The notes beneath the pieces were generated by a model. It ran no database searches. It saw nothing but the letters and a program-made list of their open reading frames with translations, and was not told where the DNA came from. Both the position numbers and the translations under genes were made by a program. Of a stretch of 64,000 nt of DNA, positions 38,148 through 51,200 are shown in pieces. This DNA comes from Tubiluchus corallicola (taxonomy: Eukaryota; Animalia; Priapulida). Location of the stretch: the NCBI GenBank assembly GCA_030141605.1, contig JAQGDQ010000321.1, positions 1-64,000 on the forward strand, written 5' to 3'. Each line of letters starts with the position of its first letter. The stretch's first letter is position 1.

Positions 38148-40753
38148 CTGTAGTAAAAATATAAAACTTGGAGATGTACAAGTCCTGTATGGTTTGACAC
38201 AAAAGATGACAATGTTACCTGGAAATGATTTTGCTATAGTAGTAGTGTAAACAAAGCAGTAACATCTAACAGCAGTAGCCTTCTTGCAATAAAGTTAATA
38301 AACAACGGTAGGACTCGTTTCAAAATGAACTATAAGTAGCTAACCCAACCAAAATGTTTTGAGCCTTCAGACAAGCTCAATTTATACAGAACCATTTGCA
38401 TGCAAGATTGTATATAGAATTTTGGCTATTCACGCGAGGCGTAAAAAAGTGTCGTGACCATTTTGAGACGCACAATACACAAACACACTCACACCTTAGC
38501 TATGAACTAGCAAATGTCATCATGGGCGGACAGAACAGGCAGCATAGAGGCCTACCTCGTCCAGATTCCAGACCAAGATCTAACCTGGAAACGCAAGAGC
38601 TCAGGTTAGCGGATCAGGGCTTGGTCTGTGCTGAGATGTCTAGGCAAAAAACTCACATGATTTACCAACAATATTTCTGATGATATCTATGTCAAGTAAA
38701 GATAGTTTTTCTACATGATGTATTGTTCAGGTGCCGGCATAGTTAGATCCGGTTAATGTGGTATTATTATAATACGCTGAGTGAGCCAAGAGCAGTAGAC
38801 CGTCCACCAGTTTAAACGAACAATAAAAATGCTTATGAGTTATCTTGGTCCTTTGTAAATACGCATCAGGTGGTAAGTAGGCAGTAAGTAAGCAGGATTT
38901 TTTGTTTTCAATTAAAAACGTAAAAAGTAATACCATTATGTATCACATTTTGGCAAGACTTGGGGCAGAGCATTTCGTTATCTCCGGAAAATAACTAAAG
39001 TCATAAGCTTTGATCTTAGACTTAATGAAAGCAGTTATTTTCCTATGCGCGCGCTGCTATTTGTATGTGCTAGTTGCACAAAAATTACGCACATTTTGTC
39101 TTATAACGGGATTGTAGCGTAACAAGATTATATCGCATACCGGAAATACGCTTACTTGTGCTTCAAATTCACCATCATAAATCATGCTAGGTATGAATAG
39201 CACGTGCAAGGACATGTTTTAATGAAATGCAATTACGAGAAATATAGTGACAATCACAAAACAATTTTCTGATGCAAACCGCTACATCAGTAGATAGTCG
39301 TCAAGGCCGGGAAATAATAATCAACTTCGCAAGCGGCTGCTTAGAGACATGCCAATGGATGCCAAAGACAGGAGCAGGAAGCTAAAACTTTTGAGTGAAA
39401 ATGTTTCAACTCCGTGAATGAATTTTTGGCTAAAGTTTACAGTTCCCCACACAAAACAAATTTCGTGACGCTTGTTAGGACTGGGATTAGGGATGGCATT
39501 AAGTTAGGGTTAGGGTTAGGAGCTAGATGGGTTTGGGTTAGGGTACTTAAATTGTGTGGAAATTGTAAAATCCTTCCGAATTTTTTACTTAACGTGCAAA
39601 AATCACTTGGTTTACATAAGTACGATCCTGTATACTTACAAAAACCTTGTGATTATTTTTGTAAATTCGTACATGGCCCAATAACAAATTCTTCAAGTAG
39701 CACTTCACTGAAGACAATTTGCGTTTATCAGTTTGAATACGCTGACTTGATTTTGGCACACTGGGCATAATTATGAATGAGCAAATATTAAAATGTTATT
39801 AAGGGTTGTGCACACTATTAGTATTATTTGCAATGCTATCTGTTTGACCTGTATTATACTAAAATAACTAGCGGCATTCACTTTTTCAAAATGTGAAGTC
39901 ATTAGTACAATAGAATAAGGATGGGTAACTTTGTTTAACACAATATGATACATTACTTATGTATCATGATCCCACTAATTAGATGTTAGTTGAATGTTGT
40001 TAACTTACTGTTCTGACCCCTGCAATTATAATTAGCCGCTTGCTGCAGAATTAATAATGTGGGCATTCCCTAAAAATTGGTTAATTTTGATGACTCCTAC
40101 CACATTTCATTACAAACAGTACTTTACAGCAGTAAGTCCTACAGAATTTCATAAAAATTCGGTTCGGGACTCTATTAATAAGTTACATGTATAGGAACCG
40201 CGGAAATGTTCTGCTGAAATGTAATTACAAGTAATTAATGAATAGCTATAGATATATAAAGAGGTAATAAATTAGTAAACCATAATTTAGGTATTAATAG
40301 CTTTATTTTTTACATTAAATGTTCGTATGCAGTATACTTAAATGATAATGATAAAAGTAGTCCCGGATGCGAAGCATTGTGTTACTCACTTATTAATTTT
40401 TTTCTGCTTCACTGCTTGGATGTCATTTAGAAAGCCATTTATTGTTGTCATGAATCCATTTCATGAATGTATTATTTAAAACGTCAATATAGGACCCACT
40501 TTATCATAAAAATTTAAAACACGAAGCTGCTCTATTGTGATATATCAATATAAAAATTGTCTAAAACTTACTATGTGAATAACAACAACGGGAATGAGAC
40601 CAGCTCACGGCGAAAGTAATCTGTTTATAAGGCAATATGATGCCAACATCGCAAGCAAGTAATCCAAAAATAGAACAATAAAGACTTGAAAACAGATGTA
40701 AACTTGCAGTAATACAGTTTAAAAATTAATAAATCTAGCTGAGAAAACATGCA

Positions 40754-41060
40754 TGATAAGGTAAACGAACCTATCAAAAAATAGTGAACACGAACCATAA
40801 CATTTTCATACATAAGATTGAGGACGTTTCTTGGTTCATTTTTTCACAATAAATTTGGCTTAATATGTTTTCATTGTGTGCCTATTAGTTTTTATTAAAA
40901 TTACGCGTGATAAAGTAAACAAATCTGCCAAAAATAGTGAACACGAACCATAACATTTTAATACATAAGCGTGAGGACATTTCTTGATTAATTTTTTTAC
41001 GGTAAATTTGGCCTGTGTTTTCATTGTGTACTAGCCTATTACTTTTTGCTAAAAAAACGC
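40754..41060. repeat. Two-copy tandem duplication, period ~154 bp
   Basis: AAAATAGTGAACACGAACCATAACATTTT and its flanks occur twice (copies start ~40754 and ~40908). Confidence 0.85.
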
Positions 41061-43017
41061 ATTGTATTTTTGTTTATTGCAAAAATGAATCACTCTGTGT
41101 ATTGTGCATATTTATATTAAAAAAGCGTAATTGTGAGGCTAAATGCCCGTACTTACCCGCTATTAAAATCACAAATAAGTTCAACCAGAAAGTTGTCATA
41201 TCTTTACCTAAAACCTATTATTCTGCACTTCTATCACTGATGTAAAATTCTCGTTCCACTCTACAAATCGCATTCTAGTTCTGTGCTCCTTGGTGTTATT
41301 ACATTGCTTTTAAAAATACTTTCACTAAAAATGTAATTTAAATTTAATTTTTAAACTACCAGTTTCGCAGCATTTTATACACAGAAGCTCGTTGGTACAG
41401 ATTACGCGCACTATGTACGCTTGGTTGCAATACATGTACTTTCGTTTAAATGTGTGCAGTGAAGTGTATAGCGCCTATAGCGCAAAATTAATACATTGTA
41501 TTTTTCCATTTAGTGTTTCACTGCGTACTGTTTTATTTTTAGAATTCCAGCTTTAGTTTTAGTTTTAGAGAAACCGTAAGATTCACCTGACTCACCTGCC
41601 CCTGAATAACATGCACCTGAATTTTAGACGTGTTGTTAATGTTTAGCAACGTGCTGAGATGTTGACTCTATGTAGATGTAGCCCTATATACAAAATTTAC
41701 ATTGCATTACAATACTACTGCGAAATTAGCCTCTAGGTGATTACAACATATAAGAATGTGCTCTCTTCTCCATAGGATCTGTAATGACAAAAATTTGCCA
41801 AGCCATAAGCAAGTAGTATGTTAAACTGCTTTTAATTTCAGTTTACAAAGATCATTCCTGATTCCGCGGTAGCAGCACAGAACAGAACAGAATAGAATGG
41901 AACAAAACTAAAAACACAGATTAATGCTTAATGACGATAGCAGTGACAATGAATAAGAATTTTTGTTCATTGGAGCTAAGTTAGTTACCGAACAAAGTCC
42001 AGCAAAACAGAAGGTGATCGAACGGAAAGGAACCGAACAAAATTGACTAGGAGATTAAACGTTGTTACCGGCGGACCTAAATGCCGCTCTACAATGAAAA
42101 GTGTCTACTGCTACACAAACTGGTTGTAAAGTAAAATTCTACATCTTTTGCTCATATTGTAATAAAAGTGCCTTGGGACCAAATTTAAGCATGAAAACAA
42201 AAGCAATTTAGTAAACAACCTGAACGTAACAAGAATTTTGCTTAGTGGCAAAACAAACCTGAATCTTAGTTAATGAGAAGGATGTTTCAATTATATGTTT
42301 ATTGGTCAAAAAGCAACTACGACTTATGCTTAACTACACTTAAGTATAAACACTAATGACAACTGGATTTTAAACAAAATAAACAGCCCAGGCTAAGCTT
42401 TGTGTGTAGTAATTAAGAAAGCCTACTATCAACTCTAATAAACATATTTTATTCTGTACGGTGTATCTGGCAATCTGTTGCTGTGCGCATATAGCGCATA
42501 GTGTAAAAATCTGAAGTCAATATATAATATTCTTATCCAAGGTTATACAAGGTCAAATAGAAAGCTAAAGCTAACTTGCTGCGTGTGCTGTAACAGAAAC
42601 AAACAGCAACTTTTTAATTAATTTTGAAAGCATTCAGTTTTTTTTTAAATTTACTGCATATTTCATTCACTATACACTCGCTTTCGCAATACAGTTGGTA
42701 TGTAACTTGTAGGTTTTGAGGCACCCGAGTAGTTAGCCTGCGAGCACCTAAATGTCCAGTGGGCTATTCAGCCAGAGAGGCCTAGCCAGAGAGCTAACCA
42801 AGTGGACCGTCGCTAGTTCATTATCGTTTCCAGGTTTCTGCATTACAGAAATAGTGTCAAACAAAAAGTGATATGGCACCAAACCTATAAACGCGAGAAT
42901 GAAAAACACAACAGAAATGCTGCAAGAGTATGATCCCTATATTTTGGTTACACAGGAAGTAACTCTGTAAAGTGGTTCATTTTGTCATGATGTTATTGTT
43001 TTTTCTCGCTGTTCTTT

Positions 43018-45181
43018 TAGACGGGTAAAGATAGCTCCTAAGGGGTACCTAGAACAAATTGGAATCGAATATTTTTCTTCAGATTCCGGTAAAATATGTT
43101 TCAGGTACCCTCAACAAAAAATCGGCTTCGGTACTTTTCAGATATACGCATAAATGCAAGATGGCGCCTACTGGGGGCAAAAATCAGTTATATCTCTTAG
43201 ACTTAAACCATCAAACCCAGATGAAAATATGTATTATCGACTAATAGGAATATGCACCAGAGGATTCCAAAAATTTGTATCGTTTTTCATCTGTGACGTC
43301 ACAATACTATTATGACGTAATTAAGACCATCACTGCTTCAATGTTGTTAAAAATGGGTCGCTGGAAATGATCTTTCAATATCAGTGCTTGCAATGGCATT
43401 CAAAATCAGTTACAGATTGACCTAGCGTGCCATCAGTGTCCTTTCATGTTATTTCCTTGGCATCTAGTTGATAATGTTGGTCACTGGAATTGCGTTACTC
43501 TCCAGTATAATTCTTCTTTGGCCAAAGTAAAACTAGCGGATGCAAAATAAGACTCACAGTTTGAAGGAATCCAAGCACCTGAGCCATGTCCAGTAGATGG
43601 AGTTTGGTCGTCGAGCAGATACATGGACCAAACCTTCACAAGTGCTGCTAGCAAGGAGACATGTGCAGAAATGATGCTAACAGTACCAGTTTAGCTAGTA
43701 CATGTATTTTCGGACTATTTTTGTTTACTTGAAGATGACTAAAATCTTCCATTTCTCTGCTATAAAGATAAACTAACAAGGGATGTTCACGATCGCGATG
43801 TTCAAGATAACGCATTTCTTCGTACATCACTACAACAGCTATTTGCTCTTGACTCACATCAAGGTCCATAAAAGTGTATCCAGTGTCATCTAGTTTATTG
43901 GCCTGTACAGCTAGCGTTAAGATAATGGCAAACAGAAGTGACACTGTATCACGACCGCTGATCATATGGAAGAATAGTAACAAATTGGCCATCGCTTCAT
44001 CCAAACTTCAACCCGTTGGTGTCTTTGCTGTTTTTCTAACGTACTGTAAAGATATATCATGTACCAGCTCGCCCCACTCACTTGAATGTGAGGCTCCTCC
44101 ACTAACAAGCCACTTTTGGTTGCCTGGTGAAGGTTTGGTTCATGCATCTGCTCTACGACACTAAACTCCATCTACTGGACAGCTGCGAGATGTCGATTTT
44201 GTTGTATGACTGCGACACAGGAACTATTTCCACTGATGGCTCAGGTGCCTGGGCTCCTTCCATTGAAGTCACCTTTGTGCCATATTTTGCATCCGCCATT
44301 CGTGAGTAACCCAATTTCAATGACCACCATTATCAAGTAATGTGCCTTAGTCTACTCTGCCACATGCGGCATGCTTGGACGAGTCTGTCTTGGCCAGACA
44401 TTCTTTCTGCTCCCTCCTGCCCTTTGCCAACCAACTTCACCTCACCCCCCGCATCTCATCAATAGGCATCAGTGTAACATACTGCCAAAATGATAGAGCT
44501 AGCTAATGGCAGAGCTTCCTTCTATGTACTGGTTGCCAATAGCCAAGCACTCAAAAGTGAAATGAAAAGCAACAATGCTTTGAATGACCTGACAATGGCG
44601 CTGTGACGTCTTAATTGAAAAATGGCAACATTTTTAGATACGTATGGTGCATTTTCCGGTCAGTTGGTTAACACATCATTTTTGGCTAGGATCAATTATT
44701 TAGGAGAAGCAGTCAAGTTCTGATCCCCATAGGCATCATCTAGATGCCAAGCAAATAATATGAAAGGACCCTGATGGCATGCTAGGTCAATCTGTAACTG
44801 ATTTTGAATGCTATTGAATGATATTGAAAGATCAATTCCAGGTACCCATTTTCAACAACGAGGCAGTGATGGTCTTAATTACGTTATAATAGTATTGTGA
44901 CGTCATCATGACGTCGCAGACTAAAACGACCCCTTTTGGAATACTCGTGTGCACTTTCTTATCATAATAGATATTTTTCATCTAGGCCTCGATGGTTTAG
45001 GAGACATAACTGATTTTTGGCCCCAGTAGGCATCTTGGATTTATGCGTATATCTCAAAACTACCAAAGCCGATTTTGGTTGATTTTTTGTTACGAGCACC
45101 CGAAACCATGTTCTAACAGAATCTGAAGAGAAAAATTCTATTGCAATTTGTTCTAGCTTACTTGTTATCTTTACCTACCTA
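43018..45181 (-). mobile_element. Non-autonomous Academ-like DNA transposon with long TIRs and a transposase remnant
   Basis: Termini TAGACGGGTAAAGATA ... TATCTTTACCTACCTA. Inverted repeats 43018-~43475 vs ~44735-45181, continuing as ~43475-43640 vs ~44126-44345. The internal minus-strand peptide LLFFHMISGRDTVS resembles the L.FH...GCDTVS motif of the XPG-like domain in Academ transposases. Flanks TTT/TTC could be a 3-bp TSD with one mismatch. Confidence 0.75.
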
Positions 45182-48100
45182 TTCATGTACTAAATTTTTA
45201 TCAGTTTTTACTATTATGACATCAGAATGCCACTTATGCATCTGAACTATTCATAATTACAGCCTCCCAACAAGTCACAAATATTGTATAGAATAGGCGA
45301 CACGATGGCATAACGTCAGTTATAATATAAACTTTAAAATTCATTCTCAGATGATGATAGTTTGCTAATTAAGAGTAAGTGTAGAAAGTGTAAGTGTAAG
45401 TACTGTAGAAATGTAATCCATGCCAGTACTAGACTTATATAAAGTGGCAACAACAGGACAGGAATAACAATGCACGCTAAAGTTATAGATTACAACATAA
45501 TTTATTAATATTATTATTATTATAATTAATAATATCCCTTTCAAGTTTGACATTAGTTCAGGAATGTATGTATACACCACTCTATAACACAGACAAATGA
45601 TTCTTACAACAAATGGTAACTTTCGTACGATGTGCAATAATCAGATACCCTAACAAGATTATTGTCATAATTATACATCATTATATGCCTACACTTTTCT
45701 ATCTTTACTATATAGTGACAGTGAAGTCTTTAAACATTGCATGTACACAATCTTTCGTATTTACTTCAGAAATCACATGTGATACCTTAATAATGAAAGG
45801 TCAAACTTAAAACTCTGAAATCATAGTACATAGCCTAAAAGTTTATTATCTACTAGCAACAAACTGCTTGAATTTCATTTAAAACAGTTTAAGTAGTTTT
45901 ATATTAATATTACCATTCATTCAATTAATAGTTACTCAAGTACTCCCTAGTTAACAAAGATGTTTCTGAAACTGAGTGCGTCACTTTCAAAAGTTTCAAA
46001 ACAAAAGACAGACGTTGTGAAGTAGTTCTCATTGGCTGCCTTACGAAAAAGAATACTGTTAAGACATGTTTACATGAAACATGTTACCCAAAACCATGAA
46101 TAGCAGGCAAATTCTTTTTATACAGAAGAGATGTATTGATAAATGCAAAAAACTGGAAATACCTACCTCTACTTTATTATTTTATTCTACTCCAGTTAAT
46201 GTGAGAAGAGTCAGTAACCAGAAGTCCACAACTCGATTACATGCAAAAGTTGTTATCAGGACTTTCTCTCACTTTTAGATCAATCAAATTTCAAAATGAA
46301 ACCATTTTAATTTCAAGAATTTTCGGTTACCAAAAATTTATTGACTCATCAAAGAGGCTGTTGATTTAAATACCTATTGCCACACAGAAAGCATCTTTAG
46401 TAACCAGTTTGCTGAAACAAAACAGTACATAGATCACTATGTCTCAAATACATTCAAAAATATACTGTCGTTTCATGTTTCAAAAATCAGTTTTCACACT
46501 TATTTAAATATGTAATGCTACAAAACCTAAGTGTATAGCGAAAGTGTGTAGTACTATTAGTTCAAAGTATAAATCACAGTACTAACATTAACTGTTCACT
46601 GTAAAGAAATATGAAAAGGTCACATATACATAAATATGATTAAGCTACATACATGCTTAAGCATCAAGCAGACAGACATGAAAACTAGCAGCATATACAA
46701 AGAACAAACAACCTAAATTAGATCTGCACATGTTTATAAGGCTAGCTTATTACATTATCTTGGAAATATTATATACGTTATACATCCCTCTGATTTAAAC
46801 ATATTTGCCTACAGCTACTTACACTTAAATCATCAATTGAAGAACGAGGGCTCTCATGCAACAATGACCATTAAAAATGCAAAAATGATTACCAATAGCA
46901 CAAGCCAGGTAAGAAAAATCACAGCACATAAGCTAGCTCACTTTTAGACCCTAAACTAAACAGTGTAACTATTTTGCAGAAATCATTTAATAATTGAAGT
47001 TATGCACGAATATTAACATACAAATAGTAAGTTTCGTAACAGACTACTAATACAACACAAAAAAATTACACTTAACACTATCATTGTTAATGGCAACCGC
47101 TAAACCTAAGAAGGAAGAGAACACAGAATTTGATACAACAGACACAGGAGGAAATCATGCGGATCTAACCCAATTATTTACATTATGAAGCCTCATACCG
47201 TCAGCCAAAATTTTTCAATGGGACCATCAATTAACTAATTCGTGTAGTTCAGAAATACTCATTAACTCGATTAGTATAATTAAACAATATGCCAACAGCA
47301 AAGGCATTTCATAGCATTCAACAATGACCATTGCACAAACACATCAATCAGTTCACCGTATGTCAAAATTTTGAACATCGCACAAACCGCATAGCTCAAC
47401 AGTAATTAATTAATTGTGATATTCATACATTCATTAACCGTGCACAGGAGCATACTGTAATACTGACAATTATGTTACAGAAATTATTGTGCTTCTGTAA
47501 TACACTTGCATGAGAATTTACTATCACATGGTGCTATCTAACACTCTACAATGCTTTGTTTACTTTAGAAGTATACAAACTTCTATTATGCAGGAGAGAA
47601 GAATCAACAACAAAACAAGAACCTCAGATAAACAAAATAAGCAAAAAAACTCATTTAGATAACAGAATTTACAGAACAAAGTCTAACAGGAACAATTATT
47701 TTTGCCTAGAAAAACAACTGCTTAGGTATTTTTAATTGTTTAGGTATTTGTAAATATTGTAATTTACATTGTATGACAATATCTCAAGAATAGATAACAG
47801 AATTTCCCCAAATCTGCAATGATTTGCATTTCAGCACATAACTATACTATAACAATACTATAACCTTCGTACATATTCTGTCAATGTATTCGCCTAACTC
47901 CTTTGATCAAACAATTTAAGATTCACGCTATATTTAATAAAAAAGCGTGTTCACTACTTGCGCAAAAACAGTTTCTGAGATTTTTTATGATGAACAATAA
48001 TCCGTGCAAATGCTGTCCATTAACATTTATATATGTGCTATATGCAAACTGCTACATACGATACACTGCCATAGCTACAAGAGGCAACGTCTGGACACCA

Positions 48101-48252
48101 ACCAAGTGAAATTAATGATAGTATTATCAATTGTCCATAAACCCAATCCATCCTTTACTCATAATTGGCTTTGCCTCATAGCCTTTCAGAAGTGCAACAT
48201 TATTGAATAAACAGCATGGATAAGACAACAGTACTGCTAATCAATCACCAGT

Positions 48253-51200
48253 TTAGAACTGTTCACAAAGCAGATCACAAACTCGTTCAACTACTGACTG
48301 CTTACTTCCTCGAACAGTTAATCTGAACATCTGTAAATAAACACAATGATTTGGTGTGAATGAATGTTGAGCTATTTAACTTCAATTTTAAAAAAATACA
48401 GGTTGCTTTGTTAATGATGATGCTTTGTTAAAAATCATCAAAGCTAAATTAGGCAAAGGCAAAAAACTTTTTAGGTAAACCCAAGCTCTGTTTTACTTAC
48501 AAAAAATAATGCTGCAATTCGGTCATTCGACTGTCATAGATAAAATGATAGAAATGAAACTACTGCTAGGTTAAATAGTTTATAACAATCAAAATGGGAG
48601 AAAACAAGAAAGAAACAATAGCTGGTGAAAATGATGTGCGGGCAGCAAATCTGACTGGATAATACCATGTAATCTTACATGTGAACTAGATTTTAGAAGA
48701 TCCGGTTTGAATCGGTTACAAAAGAAGACTAACTTTCCTAGAAAACAATAAAAGACTACAATAGCCTAGAAAGCTATAACTTAGTAGAAAAGAGAGGCAA
48801 ATAAAGCAGCAGTTATTGCCTTAGAATTGCTAAACAATAAAGAGAACCTTTAATACAGCAGATTTTCACCATTACTAGTTTTCACCCTACAGAAGCAAAC
48901 CCAAGCACCTTAGAGGTCATTTCTTGTGACTCATGAAGCAAGATTATTTGCTAACGCCCCAAAGACTCCCAAGGCTACTTACCCATACTGCACAATTATT
49001 AGGAATGAATGTGTCTTCAAAAAGGTTTACAAAACTCTGCCCATTTTGCAAAATTTCATATTTTTCAGGGTAATTCCCATAACTGTTTGTCGAATCACTA
49101 CGAAAAGCTCTAAAGCAAAGTGGAAAGCCTGGTAGCTTATTCGTTGACTACTTTAGAACTAGATGAAAAAGTACTACTTGAAACAGATATAAAACATGAG
49201 ATTACTCACTCCTGCTTGCTTATTTGGCTCCAGTCGAACGAGGATTCCCACTTGCTGTGTCCTGGTGTGTATTATGCCAGCGCAGACACAGTTATCCGGA
49301 TTTGGATCTATCCCATCCAAAAGAGAAATGCCAAATCCAGAGAGTTTTGTTCTAGTCTGTTCTGTTTCCATTGAAAATTGTGCCTTGAAGATCTTCTGTG
49401 ACTCTTGCTGAGGTCTGTCAGATGTTAATTTGCAAAACAAAATGTAGTACTTGTAAATAAAGGAATGGTTCTTACTTTCAGACACTTTGTTGGTCTTTAC
49501 CACTTCTATTTATAATCACTTTAACAAATATCAACCAATATGATTTTTGTAAAATTATAGAGAAGCATTTATACTTTCACAATGCAGATACTCAAAGTAT
49601 ATTAACAGAAATTAAAATCTATTGTATTACACAGGTTTTATTCATATTGCAATTTAACTTTATGGCTAGGTAAAAGATAAAATAGACTTTTTGGAAACTC
49701 TAATGATGATGATAAATATTTGAATATTTTTTAGTCCATTTCCTAATTATAACACAGTGATAACACTAAGTGTTATAGTTCACTTTTGTAGCATGCAAAA
49801 CTCAACACATATTTTGCAATGCAACATACAATGTACAACATAGTAAATGCTACATTCTGCAACGCAAAACTGTGACATGTTCAATTGTTGTAAGATTCCT
49901 TCCATACTACAAATGTGGTAAAAAATTGAACTCACGAGCTCAACGCTTTCCACCGAGTGAAGAAATCTTGTTGGTTCATTTCAGCACCTGCTTGAAACTT
50001 GTTTATTGTCAGAGGAAGAATAAGAGAAATCTTCTGTGGAACAGCTGAGTAGCTGAAACAGGATTAAATAATGACTGCATTACTGCAGCAGTACCAAACA
50101 TTGCACATAGTTGTTTGTTTGCTTGTTTGTTTGTTTGTTTACTTGTTTTTTTGCTTTCTGATTGCTCTCCAGTTTTCTCTTTCTGGATTATCTGAGCAAC
50201 CAACAGCTCGTATTTGTAAGAATGTGGTAACTTGCTTATCTTGACCTACATGCATAACATTCATATCCAGTAGCCTCAGTTTGTTTTGTAACTTTAAATT
50301 GCACGACACCATATTGTTCCTGTTTTTGTTCAAAAGCATCTCTCATCAATGAACCCACAAATCCGAAATCTCCGGACAATTTTCTTAGCATACGAAAAAA
50401 GTTTCTGAAGATTTTGCACGTTTCTTATAAAACTGTGAAACACTAAATTATGGGCAAGACTACTTTCCACGTACCTTAATAACTTTAAGAAAAGTATTTT
50501 GAATTTCATAAGCATGTTTACTAACTACAAATACCCATAACAAATGCAAATCACACATGGACTTACACAAATGCAACGGTCATCACCGGGACTTCTGCAA
50601 AATCGGCCAGACATTCTACTTTTAACATCTGCTGTACCTGTGCTCCTGCCTCAACAGTCGGCCCTACAGGAGCCGTCTGAATGGAGAGTTGTTCAAAGTC
50701 GTTAAGGAAACGACACACACTATAATTTAGTAACATCAGCAAGAGCCCACTTTAAAAGCAGCTTAATGAACAATAAGTGATCTAAATTCATTTAATTTGA
50801 CATCTTGATTGATTCATCTTATGAATCAATTCATTTAGAAAACAAATACTTCATCTCAGACCATAGCTCAAAAATTTACAATACAAAACTATTGAACGTT
50901 TTTGACTGTGTCAAAACTGTGTTAAGATTCTGCTTCTGTGACAGGTGATGCTCTAAATGACAGCTTTTGTTTTGTATTTACAAATAAAAATTGTTTTCAA
51001 AATAATTACCAACACTGTATGTTGTTAAATGCACGCAAGTACACTTGTGTCTGACTCGATTAACAGTTTAAATGAAATCAGAGCTTGTCACTTTTCAACC
51101 AGTGACCAGTGGCTCAAGACTCAACCAAATACGGGTCAAGATACATCATTCAATTTGACTCATCAACTCCTTTCAATTGATGCGTTATAAGACGCTAAAT

